This document shows positions 47,253 to 58,268 of a stretch of 64,000 bases of DNA, in pieces. The stretch lies in the sequence record PX994957.1. One strand, given 5' to 3'. The stretch's first letter is position 1, and every line of letters starts with the position of its first letter. The position numbers and the translations under genes are program-made. The notes beneath the pieces were generated by a model. That model had not been told where the DNA came from and ran no database searches. It worked only from the letters and a program-made list of their open reading frames with translations. Source of the DNA: a phage.

Positions 47253-48002
47253 ATGGCAAACATTATTCGTTGTAAATTACCTGATGGTGTTCATCGTTTT
47301 AAACCATTTACGGTAGAAGATTATCGAGATTTTTTGTTAGTTCGAAACGATATAGAACATCGGTCATCACAAGAACAAAAAGAAGTAATTGCTGATTTAA
47401 TTGCTGATTATTTTGGAGACTATCCAAAGACTTGGCAACCATTTATATTTTTACAGGTATTTGTAGGTTCAATAGGTAAAACTAAAGTACCAGTCACATT
47501 CATATGTCCAAAATGTAAAAAAGAAAAGACAGTTCCATTTGAAATATATCAAAAAGAATTAAAGGAACCTATTTTTGATGTAGCTAATGTTAAAATTAAA
47601 TTAAATTTTCCTTCTGAGTTTTATGAAAATAAAGCAAAGATGATTACTGAAAATATTCATTCTGTTCAAGTAGATGAAATGTGGTATGATTGGAAGGAAA
47701 TTAGTGAATCAAGTCAAATAGAACTTGTTGACGCCATCGAGATAGAAACATTAGAAAAAATTCTCGATGCAATGAATCCTATTAATTTAACATTGCACAT
47801 GTCGTGTTGTGATAAGTACATTAAAAAATACACTGATATAGTAGATGTGTTTAAGCTATTAGTTAATCCAGATGAGATATTTACTTTTTATCAAATTAAT
47901 CACACGCTTGTAAAAAGTAATTATAGCTTAAATTCAATAATGAAAATGATTCCTGCCGAGCGCGGATTCGTATTAAAACTGATTGAGAAGGATAAACAAT
48001 AA
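47253..48002 (+). CDS. 51: gp51 baseplate hub assembly catalyst
   Basis: 249 aa, synteny. Confidence 0.85.
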   Translation: MANIIRCKLPDGVHRFKPFTVEDYRDFLLVRNDIEHRSSQEQKEVIADLIADYFGDYPKTWQPFIFLQVFVGSIGKTKVPVTFICPKCKKEKTVPFEIYQKELKEPIFDVANVKIKLNFPSEFYENKAKMITENIHSVQVDEMWYDWKEISESSQIELVDAIEIETLEKILDAMNPINLTLHMSCCDKYIKKYTDIVDVFKLLVNPDEIFTFYQINHTLVKSNYSLNSIMKMIPAERGFVLKLIEKDKQ

Positions 48003-49174
48003 TGAGTATGTTGCAACGCCCCGGATATCCAAATCTCAGCGTTAAATTATTTGAGAGTTATGACGCTTGGAGTAATAATAGATTTGTTGAATTAGCTGCT
48101 ACTATTACCACATTAACTATGCGTGACTCTCTTTATGGTCGAAATGAAGGAATGCTACAATTTTATGATTCTAAAAACATTCATACAAAAATGGATGGAA
48201 ATGAAATAATTCAGATTTCTGTAGCTAATGCAAACGATATTAATAATGTTAAAACACGAATTTATGGATGCAAGCATTTTTCCGTGTCAGTAGATTCAAA
48301 AGGCGATAACATCATTGCTATTGAATTGGGAACTATTCATTCTATAGAAAATCTTAAATTTGGTAGACCATTTTTCCCTGATGCCGGGGAATCTATAAAG
48401 GAAATGCTTGGTGTCATTTATCAAGACCGCACATTATTAACTCCAGCAATAAATGCTATAAATGCTTATGTTCCTGATATTCCATGGACTAGCACATTTG
48501 AAAACTATTTGTCATATGTAAGAGAAGTTGCTCTAGCGGTAGGAAGCGATAAGTTCGTATTTGTATGGCAAGACATCATGGGAGTTAACATGATGGACTA
48601 TGATATGATGATAAATCAAGAACCATATCCAATGATTGTAGGTGAGCCAACTTTAATAGGTCAATTCGTCCAAGAATTGAAATATCCATTAGCATATGAT
48701 TTTGTTTGGTTGACTAAATCAAACCCGCATAAACGTGATCCAATGAAAAATGCTACTATCTATGCTCATTCATTTTTAGATTCTTCATTACCAATGATTA
48801 CTACAGGAAAGGGTGAAAACTCTATTGTAGTGTCAAGGTCAGGTGCTTATTCTGAAATGACTTATAGAAATGGATATGAAGAAGCTATTCGTCTTCAGAC
48901 TATGGCGCAGTATGATGGTTACGCTAAATGTTCTACTGTCGGTAATTTTAACTTGACTCCTGGCGTTAAAATTATTTTTAATGATAGTAAAAACCAATTT
49001 AAAACAGAATTTTACGTCGATGAAGTTATTCACGAATTATCAAATAATAATTCCGTAACTCATCTTTATATGTTCACTAATGCAACGAAACTGGAAACAA
49101 TTGACCCAGTTAAGGTTAAAAATGAATTTAAAACTGATACTACCACTGAAGAAAGTAGTTCTTCCGATAAGTAA
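48002..49174 (+). CDS. 27: gp27 baseplate hub
   Basis: 390 aa, synteny. Confidence 0.9.
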   Translation: MSMLQRPGYPNLSVKLFESYDAWSNNRFVELAATITTLTMRDSLYGRNEGMLQFYDSKNIHTKMDGNEIIQISVANANDINNVKTRIYGCKHFSVSVDSKGDNIIAIELGTIHSIENLKFGRPFFPDAGESIKEMLGVIYQDRTLLTPAINAINAYVPDIPWTSTFENYLSYVREVALAVGSDKFVFVWQDIMGVNMMDYDMMINQEPYPMIVGEPTLIGQFVQELKYPLAYDFVWLTKSNPHKRDPMKNATIYAHSFLDSSLPMITTGKGENSIVVSRSGAYSEMTYRNGYEEAIRLQTMAQYDGYAKCSTVGNFNLTPGVKIIFNDSKNQFKTEFYVDEVIHELSNNNSVTHLYMFTNATKLETIDPVKVKNEFKTDTTTEESSSSDK

Positions 49175-49655
49175 TAAAGAAGTTTCTATTCCTAAGATGG
49201 GTCTTAAACATTATAACATTTTAAAAGATGTTAAAGGTCCTGATGAAAATTTAAAGCTTCTTATTGATTCTATTTGTCCAAATTTATCACCGGCAGAAGT
49301 TGATTTCGTTTCTATTCATTTGCTAGAATTTAATGGAAAGATTAAATCTCGTAAAGAAATAGATGGTTATACTTATGATATTAATGACGTTTATGTATGT
49401 CAAAGATTGGAATTTCAATACCAAGGAAATACATTTTATTTTAGACCTCCTGGAAAATTTGAACAATTTTTAACTGTAAGCGATATGTTATCCAAATGCT
49501 TGCTTAAGGTCAATGATGAAGTTAAAGAAATTAATTTTCTTGAGATGCCAGCATTTGTTTTAAAATGGGCAAATGATATTTCTACAACTTTAGCAATTCC
49601 TGGCCCTAATGGTCCAATAACCGGAATTGGCAATATTATTGGATTATTTGAATGA
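49122..49655 (+). CDS. 28: gp28 baseplate hub distal subunit
   Basis: 177 aa from internal Met ([11 protein letters not shown]); overlaps 3-prime end of gene 27. Confidence 0.8.
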   Translation: MNLKLILPLKKVVLPISNKEVSIPKMGLKHYNILKDVKGPDENLKLLIDSICPNLSPAEVDFVSIHLLEFNGKIKSRKEIDGYTYDINDVYVCQRLEFQYQGNTFYFRPPGKFEQFLTVSDMLSKCLLKVNDEVKEINFLEMPAFVLKWANDISTTLAIPGPNGPITGIGNIIGLFE

Positions 49656-51424
49656 AAAAGCCACAAGAAATGCAAACGATGCGTAGAAAAGTTATTTCAG
49701 ATAATAAACCAACACAGGACGCGGCTAAATCCGCTTCTAATACTTTATCTGGTCTTAATGACATTTCTACAAAATTAGATGATGCTCAAGCTGCTTCTGA
49801 ATTAATAGCTCAGACTGTTGAAGAAAAATCAAATGAAATAGTTGGAGCAATTGATAACGTTGAAAGCGCAGTAAGTGATACTACTGCCGGTTCTGAGTTA
49901 ATTGCTGAAACTGTTGAAATTGGAAACAATATTAATAAAGAAATCGGTGAATCGCTCGGAAGCAAATTAGATAAATTAACAAGTTTACTGGAACAAAAAA
50001 TTCAGACAGCTGGAATTCAGCAAACTGGAACGAGTTTAGCAGTAGTCGAAAATGCTATTCCTGTTAAAGTCGTCGAGGATGATACAGCTGAATCTGTGGG
50101 TCCTTTATTACCGGCTCCTGAAGCAGTTAATAATGATCCTGATGCTGATTTTTTCCCTACTCCTCAGCCAATTGAACCAAAACAAGAGTCTCCAGAAGAG
50201 AAGCAAAAAAGAGACGCATTTAACTTAAAATTATCTCAAGCTTTAGATAAATTAACAAAGACAGTTGATTTCGGATTTAAGAAATCTATTTCAATTACTG
50301 ATAAAATATCTAGCATGCTATTTAAGTATACCGTCAGTGCTGCTATTGAAGCTGCTAAAATGGTTGCATTGATAATGGCTGTTGTTATTGGAATAGACCT
50401 GCTGATGGTTCATTTTAAATACTGGTCAGATAAATTTTCAAAAGCCTGGGATTTATTTAGCACTGATTTTACTAAATTCTCTAGCGAAACCGGAACATGG
50501 GGTCCTTTATTACAGAGCATCTTTGATTCTATTGATAAAATTAAACAACTTTGGGAAGCTGGAGATTGGGGCGGATTGACAGTAGCTATTGTTGAAGGGC
50601 TTGGAAGTGTTCTTTATAATTTAGGAGAGCTTATTCAATTAGGTATGGCTAAATTATCTGCAGCAATTCTTCGAGTCATTCCTGGCATGAAGGATACTGC
50701 TGATGAAGTAGAAGGAAGAGCATTAGAAAATTTCCAAAATTCTACTGGAGCATCTCTTAATAAAGAAGACCAAGAAAAAGTAGCAAATTATCAAGATAAA
50801 CGAATGAATGATGATCTTGGCCCAATAGCAAAAGGATTAGACAAAATTGCGAACTGGAAAACTCGTGCATCTAACTGGATTCGTGGTGTAGATAATAAAG
50901 AAGCATTGACTACTGACGAAGAACGTGCAGCAGAAGAAGAAAAATTAAAACAACTTTCACCGGAAGAAAGAAAAAATGCTTTAATGAAAGCTAATGAAGC
51001 TCGTGCTGCGATGATTCGTTTTGAAAAATACGCTGATTCAGCTGATATGAGCAAAGACTCGACAGTTAAATCAATTGAAGCTGCTCATGAAGACCTTAAA
51101 AAACGAATGAATGATCCGGATTTAAATAATTCACCAGCAGTTAAAAAAGAACTTGCTTCTAGATTTGCTAAAATTGATGCCACTTATCAAGAGCTCAAGA
51201 AAAATCAACCTGAAGCAAAACCTGAAACTTCTGCTAAATCACCAGAAGCAAAACAGGTCCAGGTGATTGAAAAGAACAAAGCACAACAAGCTCCTGTTCA
51301 ACAAGCATCTCCTTCAATCAATAATACTAATAATGTTATTAAGAAAAATACTGTCGTTCATAATATGACACCTGTCACAAGCACAACTGCTCCTGGTGTA
51401 TTTGGTGCGACGGGAGTTAATTAA
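49652..51424 (+). CDS. 29: gp29 tail tape measure / baseplate hub
   Basis: 590 aa, synteny. Confidence 0.9.
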   Translation: MKKPQEMQTMRRKVISDNKPTQDAAKSASNTLSGLNDISTKLDDAQAASELIAQTVEEKSNEIVGAIDNVESAVSDTTAGSELIAETVEIGNNINKEIGESLGSKLDKLTSLLEQKIQTAGIQQTGTSLAVVENAIPVKVVEDDTAESVGPLLPAPEAVNNDPDADFFPTPQPIEPKQESPEEKQKRDAFNLKLSQALDKLTKTVDFGFKKSISITDKISSMLFKYTVSAAIEAAKMVALIMAVVIGIDLLMVHFKYWSDKFSKAWDLFSTDFTKFSSETGTWGPLLQSIFDSIDKIKQLWEAGDWGGLTVAIVEGLGSVLYNLGELIQLGMAKLSAAILRVIPGMKDTADEVEGRALENFQNSTGASLNKEDQEKVANYQDKRMNDDLGPIAKGLDKIANWKTRASNWIRGVDNKEALTTDEERAAEEEKLKQLSPEERKNALMKANEARAAMIRFEKYADSADMSKDSTVKSIEAAHEDLKKRMNDPDLNNSPAVKKELASRFAKIDATYQELKKNQPEAKPETSAKSPEAKQVQVIEKNKAQQAPVQQASPSINNTNNVIKKNTVVHNMTPVTSTTAPGVFGATGVN

Positions 51425-51432
51425 GGAATAAT

Positions 51433-52527
51433 ATGGCAATTGTTAAAGAAATAACTGCTGATTTAATTAAAAAGTCCGGTGAAACAATTTCAGCCGGACA
51501 GAGTACTAAATCAGAAGTAGGAACTAAAACATACACAGCCCAGTTTCCAACTGGGCGTGCTAGTGGTAATGACACTACAGGGGACTTCCAGGTAACAGAT
51601 CTATATAAGAATGGATTATTATTTACTGCATACAATATGTCATCTAGGGATTCTGGAAGTCTTAGAACGATGAGATCTAACTACTCTTCTTCATCTTCGA
51701 GTATTTTACGTACAGCCAGAAACACTATCAGTAATACAGTATCAAAACTATCAAATGGACTAATATCAGATAATAATTCAGGAACAATAAGTAAAGTTCC
51801 TGTTGCAAATATTCTTTTACCTAGATCTAAATCTGACGTCGATACGTCATCACATAGATTTAATGATGTTCAAGATAGTCTTATTACAAAAGGCGGAGGT
51901 ACTGCTACTGGTGTGCTAAGTAATATGGCTTCAACTGCAGTATTTGGTGCGCTTGAAAGTATAACACAAGGAATAATGGCTGATAATAATGAACAGATCT
52001 ATACAACAGCTAGAAGTATGTATGGTGGTGCTGAAAATAGAACAAAAGTGTTCACCTGGGATTTGACTCCGCGCTCAACAGAAGATTTAATGGCTATTAT
52101 TAATATCTATCAGTATTTTAACTATTTTTCTTACGGTGAAACTGGTAAATCTCAATATGCTGCTGAAATAAAAGGATATTTAGATGAGTGGTATCGTTCT
52201 ACATTTATTGAACCATTAACGCCAGAAGACGCGATTAAAAACAAGACGTTATTTGAAAAAATGACATCGAGTTTAACGAACGTTCTTGTAGTTTCAAACC
52301 CGACAATTTGGATGGTGAAAAACTTTGGTGCAACTTCTAAATTTGATGGAAAGACTGAAGTATTCGGTCCATGCCAAATACAGAGTATTAGATTTGATAA
52401 AACACCAAATGGTAACTTTAATGGATTAGCTATTGCTCCTAACCTTCCAAGTTCTTTTACACTCGAGATTACTATGAGAGAGATTATTACGTTAAACCGT
52501 GCTTCTTTATATACGGGGACTTTCTAA
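51433..52527 (+). CDS. 48: gp48 baseplate tail tube cap
   Basis: 364 aa, synteny. Confidence 0.9.
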   Translation: MAIVKEITADLIKKSGETISAGQSTKSEVGTKTYTAQFPTGRASGNDTTGDFQVTDLYKNGLLFTAYNMSSRDSGSLRTMRSNYSSSSSSILRTARNTISNTVSKLSNGLISDNNSGTISKVPVANILLPRSKSDVDTSSHRFNDVQDSLITKGGGTATGVLSNMASTAVFGALESITQGIMADNNEQIYTTARSMYGGAENRTKVFTWDLTPRSTEDLMAIINIYQYFNYFSYGETGKSQYAAEIKGYLDEWYRSTFIEPLTPEDAIKNKTLFEKMTSSLTNVLVVSNPTIWMVKNFGATSKFDGKTEVFGPCQIQSIRFDKTPNGNFNGLAIAPNLPSSFTLEITMREIITLNRASLYTGTF

Positions 52528-53492
52528 TGTATTCTTTAGAGGAATTTAATAATCAAGCAATAAACGCAGACTTCCAACGTAATAATATGTTCAGCTGTGT
52601 TTTTGCTACAACTCCATCAACTAAAAGCTCATCGTTAATAAGCTCAATTAGTAACTTTGCTTATAATAACTTGGGTCTAAATTCAGATTGGTTGGGATTA
52701 ACTCAAGGTGATATTAATCAGGGAATTACCACGCTAATTACCGCTGGCACACAAAAACTGATAAGAAAATCAGGGGTTAGTAAATATCTTATTGGTGCCA
52801 TGAGTCAACGTACAGTTCAAAGTTTATTAGGCTCATTTACAGTTGGTACATATTTAATTGACTTCTTTAACATGGCATATAACTCATCTGGATTGATGAT
52901 ATATTCTGTAAAAATGCCAGAGAATAGATTATCCTATGAAACTGACTGGAACTATAATTCTCCTAATATTCGTATAACTGGAAGAGAATTAGACCCTTTG
53001 GTTATTTCATTTAGAATGGATTCAGAAGCTTGTAACTATCGTGCAATGCAAGACTGGGTTAACGCCGTTCAAGACCCAGTAACTGGATTGCGTGCTTTAC
53101 CGCAAGATGTCGAGGCAGATATTCAGGTCAATCTTCATTCTCGCAATGGATTACCACATACTGCGGTGATGTTCACTGGCTGTATTCCAATATCTGTGAG
53201 TGCTCCTGAGTTATCATATGATGGAGATAACCAAATAACTACATTTGATGTTACTTTCGCTTATAGAGTCATGCAGGCTGGAGCAGTTGATAGACAAGCT
53301 GCCCTTGAATGGCTTGAATCTGCTACTATAAATGGTATTCAAAGCGTTCTCGGAAATAGTGGAGGTGTTACTGGACTATCTAATTCGCTTTCACGACTTA
53401 GTAGATTAGGGGGAACTGCAGGAAGCATTTCAAATATTAATACTATGACAGGAATTGTCAACTCGCAAAGTAAAATATTAGGAGCAATATAA
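52527..53492 (+). CDS. 54: gp54 baseplate tail tube initiator
   Basis: 321 aa, synteny. Confidence 0.9.
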   Translation: MYSLEEFNNQAINADFQRNNMFSCVFATTPSTKSSSLISSISNFAYNNLGLNSDWLGLTQGDINQGITTLITAGTQKLIRKSGVSKYLIGAMSQRTVQSLLGSFTVGTYLIDFFNMAYNSSGLMIYSVKMPENRLSYETDWNYNSPNIRITGRELDPLVISFRMDSEACNYRAMQDWVNAVQDPVTGLRALPQDVEADIQVNLHSRNGLPHTAVMFTGCIPISVSAPELSYDGDNQITTFDVTFAYRVMQAGAVDRQAALEWLESATINGIQSVLGNSGGVTGLSNSLSRLSRLGGTAGSISNINTMTGIVNSQSKILGAI

Positions 53493-53494
53493 CA

Positions 53495-53522
53495 ATGGGG
53501 ACCGAAAGGTCCCCATGTTTTT
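53495..53522 (+). terminator. rho-independent terminator after gene 54
   Basis: hairpin atggggacc-gaaa-ggtccccat followed by TTTTTATTT. Confidence 0.7.
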
Positions 53523-53811
53523 ATTTACGGAATGAAATAAAAGCAGCAACTGAAGCAACAGAGGTTTCTTCAATATAAACCTCAATTTTTACCGGAGCTT
53601 CTGACTCAAATTTACCTGTTACTACACCTTGGAAAATACTTTCAGTCTGTTCTGGCTTTGAAAAATTTTCAGAAGGAAAAATTCCAAACTTTTTATCGGT
53701 TCCGAAAATTTTAATAAATTCATCGTAAACTGCTTCATTAAAAGCATTATCAGCAGGAATAACGCCTTCAACTACAAGTTCTTGACCTAAAAAGCGCAAA
53801 GAAGATTTCAT
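53521..53811 (-). CDS. hypothetical protein downstream of alt
   Basis: 96 aa ORF. Confidence 0.5.
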   Translation of the reverse strand: MKSSLRFLGQELVVEGVIPADNAFNEAVYDEFIKIFGTDKKFGIFPSENFSKPEQTESIFQGVVTGKFESEAPVKIEVYIEETSVASVAAFISFRK

Positions 53812-53871
53812 TTTGTGTTCCTCATGTTATGTCAGTAAGACTACTATAACACAACACGAGGGACTTGTAAA

Positions 53872-55929
53872 CTACATTTTGAACTTTTTAGACATTCCGT
53901 TAATGTTAACCAAAGAAGCTAAGATTTGAGAAACTTCGTTTTCCTCTTCTTTTGATTCTTCTACAAGGAATTGATTAAATCCAGCCATTGGACGAACTTC
54001 ACCAGTTTCCATTAGATGGTCGCCATCATATACTGATTCTTCTAATTGTTCAGAAGGAGGAACGATTGTACCTTCGATTAGATACTTGTTATAAGCAGTT
54101 TCTTTCATAAAGTAAGTACTTACTTTATTAATCTTCAGTAAAATTCCACGTGGTAGAATAACTTCAGCTTCTGATGGAAATCCTGATAAATGACCCGGAA
54201 CGATAACTTTAACTCGTTCAGCTCCTTTAATTACCATACCCACGCTAGTTTCAGCATCTTCATTAGCATATGTAGAATGACTACCCATATGCATCAAATC
54301 TTCTGCATCAACGGAACCTTCTCCTTCACCAGAAAATACTGCTCCGGAATCATCTAAGGCCATATAATTTTTACCATACTCACCAAAGATATTTGGTTTA
54401 AGTGATGTAGATACGAAGTTCTTGAAATAGAACATTTTATTTTCAATGTTATGACGCAAAGTTTTAAAAGTAACTTCTTGTCCACGGTAAAGTGTAGTTC
54501 CTGGAGGAAGAACTGAACCTTTAGCAAACGCAGAATCCATAGTCTCGATGTGCTTAATAGCGCGCTCCATGTATTCTTCACGTGTAGAATCAGGTTTACC
54601 TAAAAGGAATGAGTTCATTTCAACATACGAATCTGCACAATAATCTTCAATTACATCAGATTCAGCCTGAGTCAATCCTTTTGGAGTTACTTCAGTGCTT
54701 GCATATTCATACGCCTGAGCAGCGGATTCATCAATTAATTTATAAATGCCATTCATGACAAATTGAATAATAGCTGTCTTTTCATCTGGCGTAGCTTTAG
54801 AACCTTTAACTAAATCATTGACAATTTTCTTAATAACATCAAAGCTATTAGAAATATTAATGTCAGCAAGATCGCTTAAAATTTTATCAGTTTTATAATC
54901 AAAAAATTCTTTATTCTTTAAATATTCTTGAGAACTTTGATATGTTATATCGCTCTGCAACTTGATAGATGGATCACGTAAACGTGCATGGGCTAATGCA
55001 ATATGATTTCGGAAGCTTTCTAGTTCATAATCACTAGATTTAAAACGAGAAGCACTCCTCATACCACCGATAGCTCCTTTGCCGAAGTTTGAACCAATCT
55101 GAATAACGCCAGAGTTCATTGGTCCTTCTGCTTTATATACCGGAACTTTAGATTCAAACTCTTGATATTTCTTAGCAGCAAAGCTATCACCCTGAAGTGA
55201 AGCATCAACAGTAGAATATTGAGCTTGTGCTGCTAATCGACGACTAATTTTAGTTTTCTGAATAACAGCTTGATCCGTACGCTTATCATTTTCTAAAGCA
55301 ATAGAAGCAGCAACTGCGACAGCTTTAGGAACAGCATTACCTGTTTTAACGTCTACATAAACATCACCGACTTTCGATTCAACTTTTGTGAATAACTCAG
55401 TTGAAATAGGAGGTACACCTGGAATGTCTTCTAAATTGGCATTTTTACGGTAAACCATAATATATGCATATTTCTTATCATAGTCCCAGATTTCCTTTAA
55501 AAGAACATATCGACCTGCTCCTTTAGTACGTACTAAACGGTCAGCAATAACTTGCATTTGACGAGCAGCGCCATTTGTTTTACTTTTTAGTACGCGGAAT
55601 AGGCATGCATCAATTTTATACTGTTTCATTGTTTGAAGAGCAGTATCAAAAACAGCATTAATGACGCCAATTGGATTTCCACCCAAGTTTTTAAGCTTAA
55701 CTAATGATAATTTTTCATTAACACCTATCATTACGATATGCATCATTTTGTCGCCTGGCTTAACGTTTTTATTCGTATCACCGCCAGAGGTGTATGTACA
55801 AAATCTAAATCCAGGAAGCACGCTTTCTTCACCGGCTTGAATAGCAAAAATTTGTGGTATTTTATGCTTAGGATTTAAGTTAACAACCGGCGCCGAAGCG
55901 CCGTCAAATAATTCTGTAATAAGTTCCAT
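53872..55929 (-). CDS. Alt-like ADP-ribosyltransferase, paralog 2
   Basis: 685 aa; shares N-terminus MELITELFD... and catalytic motifs with adjacent gene: R (LYRGQ), STSL, SEAEVILPRG. Confidence 0.8.
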   Translation of the reverse strand: MELITELFDGASAPVVNLNPKHKIPQIFAIQAGEESVLPGFRFCTYTSGGDTNKNVKPGDKMMHIVMIGVNEKLSLVKLKNLGGNPIGVINAVFDTALQTMKQYKIDACLFRVLKSKTNGAARQMQVIADRLVRTKGAGRYVLLKEIWDYDKKYAYIMVYRKNANLEDIPGVPPISTELFTKVESKVGDVYVDVKTGNAVPKAVAVAASIALENDKRTDQAVIQKTKISRRLAAQAQYSTVDASLQGDSFAAKKYQEFESKVPVYKAEGPMNSGVIQIGSNFGKGAIGGMRSASRFKSSDYELESFRNHIALAHARLRDPSIKLQSDITYQSSQEYLKNKEFFDYKTDKILSDLADINISNSFDVIKKIVNDLVKGSKATPDEKTAIIQFVMNGIYKLIDESAAQAYEYASTEVTPKGLTQAESDVIEDYCADSYVEMNSFLLGKPDSTREEYMERAIKHIETMDSAFAKGSVLPPGTTLYRGQEVTFKTLRHNIENKMFYFKNFVSTSLKPNIFGEYGKNYMALDDSGAVFSGEGEGSVDAEDLMHMGSHSTYANEDAETSVGMVIKGAERVKVIVPGHLSGFPSEAEVILPRGILLKINKVSTYFMKETAYNKYLIEGTIVPPSEQLEESVYDGDHLMETGEVRPMAGFNQFLVEESKEEENEVSQILASLVNINGMSKKFKM

Positions 55930-55932
55930 GAT

Positions 55933-58026
55933 TTATCCTTGAACGAACTTGTAAGGCATGTTTGTAATATCTATGCAAGACGCAATAATTCCAAGAGATG
56001 ATTCTACTTTCTGTTTAATATTTGATGAAACAAATGATGCAAAGTCAACTCTGTCTTCTATTTCAATATCACCTGTCATTGCAACCAATTCACCAGTTTC
56101 CATTAAATGGTCTCCATCATAGATTACCGATTCGGTGAGCTCTTCCGTGGTCATAACTTCAGCTTGAATGAGTTTTGTATTATTAGATGTTGTTCCGTCA
56201 TTATTAGAAGCATCAGTTATTTTATTAACCTTGACCATCAATCCGCGTGGTAGAATAACTTCAGCTTCTGTTGCTATTCCGAGACTTCCTGGATATACAA
56301 CATTAACTTTATGAGCTCCATCAATTGCCCATCCTATTTGAACTTTAACATATTCAGGATTTTCTTTATACGCTCTTATTTCGTTTGGATTAATAGTTAT
56401 TCCTTCTTCATTTTTATCAACTGTTAATTCGTTACGAGCTTCTGGTTCTAAAAGACCAATACCAGCATGTGTGATTCCAAAACGTCCAAAAATGATAGGA
56501 GTTAAAGAAGTAGATACAAAATTTCTGAAGTAGAACACTTTATTTTTAACTAACGCTTCATATATAGGAGCAGTCATACTTTGAGCACGATAAACTGTAA
56601 TGCCTTCTGGTATACGGTCACCATTTTCAAAAGCTGAATCTAAGTTATTTATAGCAGATTCAATTTCTTTTTCACTCATTACATCGTATCGTTCTGGATT
56701 GTAACGACCTAAAAGAAGATTATTGATGTCAGTATATCCTGAACCGCAATATTCTCTAATGCCACGCTTTTGTGATGGAGTATATTTAGAACCATCGCGG
56801 GCAATAGTAATATCAATCATTGGACCAGCACCAATTCCAGAAAAACTGTAAATCATTCGTTTGAGGAATTTAGTTTTTGCTGCGTTCCAGGAATTTTTAG
56901 TTATTTCTTCCCAGACTTCATCTGGTTGTCCTTTACGATTTTTATTATGATTAGCAAGCCATTTATCTTTATAATCTTCAAAGAATTGATTTACAGCTGC
57001 TGCGTATTTCTCTAAACATTTTATTGAAGTAGTTGGTTCATTTTTAATTGCATTAAAAATTACTTCTTTAATTTTTTCTGAAACTTCACCGACTTGACTC
57101 ATTGGAAAGAATTTATAATCATAGTGAAGTTCATCTGCCGTTCCTTCAGCAATAATTTTTGCTGCCTTTGTTTTAGAAGCTAATGAATTAATTCCAATTT
57201 TCATTTCTTCTGCTTCGGGAATTAAAGGTGCAGTAGCTGGTTTATTAAAATTAGCTGCTGTAGATTCATACTTCTGGAATAATTCACTTTCAAATCTAGA
57301 AGATTCCAATGACTGACTTTGTGCAATTGCTCTACGGGAAATTTTAACTTTAACGATTACGGCTTGGTCAGAACGTTTATCATTTTCTTGTGCAATAGAT
57401 GCAGCAATTGCCTCATTTTTGGTTACTTGAGCTCCAGTATCTTTATTGATATAAACATCACCGACCTTCGATTCAACTTTAGTAAAAAGCTCGGTGCTAA
57501 TTTCTGGAACTCCTGGAATGTCTTCTAGTGATACATTTTTACGATGTATAAGAATATATGCATACTTTTTATCGTAATCCCAGAGTTCCTTAAGAAGGAC
57601 GTATCTGCCACCTGAACGACTGCGGATGAGTCTATCAGCAATAAGTTGAATTTGTCGAGCTTGACCGGCGGTTTTAGACTTAAGAATACGAAGCATGCAG
57701 GCATCAATTTTATATTGACGCATTGTTTGCATTGCAACAGTAAAAACTGAATTGATATAATTAATCGGGCTTGGACCAAGACCTTTTAATTTAGCAATTG
57801 AACCTTTAGCAGTTAATGTAAAAGGAACAATGTGCATCATTTTATCGCCCATCTTTAAATCACGATTAGTATCACCTCCAGATGTATAGGTACATAAACG
57901 AAAGCCTGGTTGTTCAATTGCATCATCAACATGAACTGAAAAAATTTGTGGTATTTTCTTCTTTGGATTTAAGTTTGTAATCGGAAGAGTAGTATCTTCG
58001 TCAAATAATTCTGTAATAAGTTCCAT
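55933..58026 (-). CDS. alt: Alt ADP-ribosyltransferase (packaged internal head protein)
   Basis: 697 aa; R-S-E motifs VYRAQ, FVSTSL, TEAEVILPRG; position upstream of gene 30. Confidence 0.85.
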   Translation of the reverse strand: MELITELFDEDTTLPITNLNPKKKIPQIFSVHVDDAIEQPGFRLCTYTSGGDTNRDLKMGDKMMHIVPFTLTAKGSIAKLKGLGPSPINYINSVFTVAMQTMRQYKIDACMLRILKSKTAGQARQIQLIADRLIRSRSGGRYVLLKELWDYDKKYAYILIHRKNVSLEDIPGVPEISTELFTKVESKVGDVYINKDTGAQVTKNEAIAASIAQENDKRSDQAVIVKVKISRRAIAQSQSLESSRFESELFQKYESTAANFNKPATAPLIPEAEEMKIGINSLASKTKAAKIIAEGTADELHYDYKFFPMSQVGEVSEKIKEVIFNAIKNEPTTSIKCLEKYAAAVNQFFEDYKDKWLANHNKNRKGQPDEVWEEITKNSWNAAKTKFLKRMIYSFSGIGAGPMIDITIARDGSKYTPSQKRGIREYCGSGYTDINNLLLGRYNPERYDVMSEKEIESAINNLDSAFENGDRIPEGITVYRAQSMTAPIYEALVKNKVFYFRNFVSTSLTPIIFGRFGITHAGIGLLEPEARNELTVDKNEEGITINPNEIRAYKENPEYVKVQIGWAIDGAHKVNVVYPGSLGIATEAEVILPRGLMVKVNKITDASNNDGTTSNNTKLIQAEVMTTEELTESVIYDGDHLMETGELVAMTGDIEIEDRVDFASFVSSNIKQKVESSLGIIASCIDITNMPYKFVQG

Positions 58027-58082
58027 GTTATCCTCTCTAGTGTTTATTCTATTTATAAAATTAAAGGCCCGAAGGCCTTTAA

Positions 58083-58268
58083 TTAATAGAGAGCTAAAAG
58101 AGTACGATATACTTCAAACTTTGGACCTTTTTCATATGGATCAAATCTTTCCGTGAATTCATCATATGCTAGTTTATCTGGGAATTCAAGAATAACCTGC
58201 GATACCGCAGTGGAAACATCTCCACCTTCTTTTTGAGCCACGACAATTGTTTCTAAGTAAGCTTTCAT
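58083..58268 (-). CDS. hypothetical small protein
   Basis: 61 aa ORF between alt and gene 30, 4-nt overlap with ligase stop. Confidence 0.45.
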   Translation of the reverse strand: MKAYLETIVVAQKEGGDVSTAVSQVILEFPDKLAYDEFTERFDPYEKGPKFEVYRTLLALY

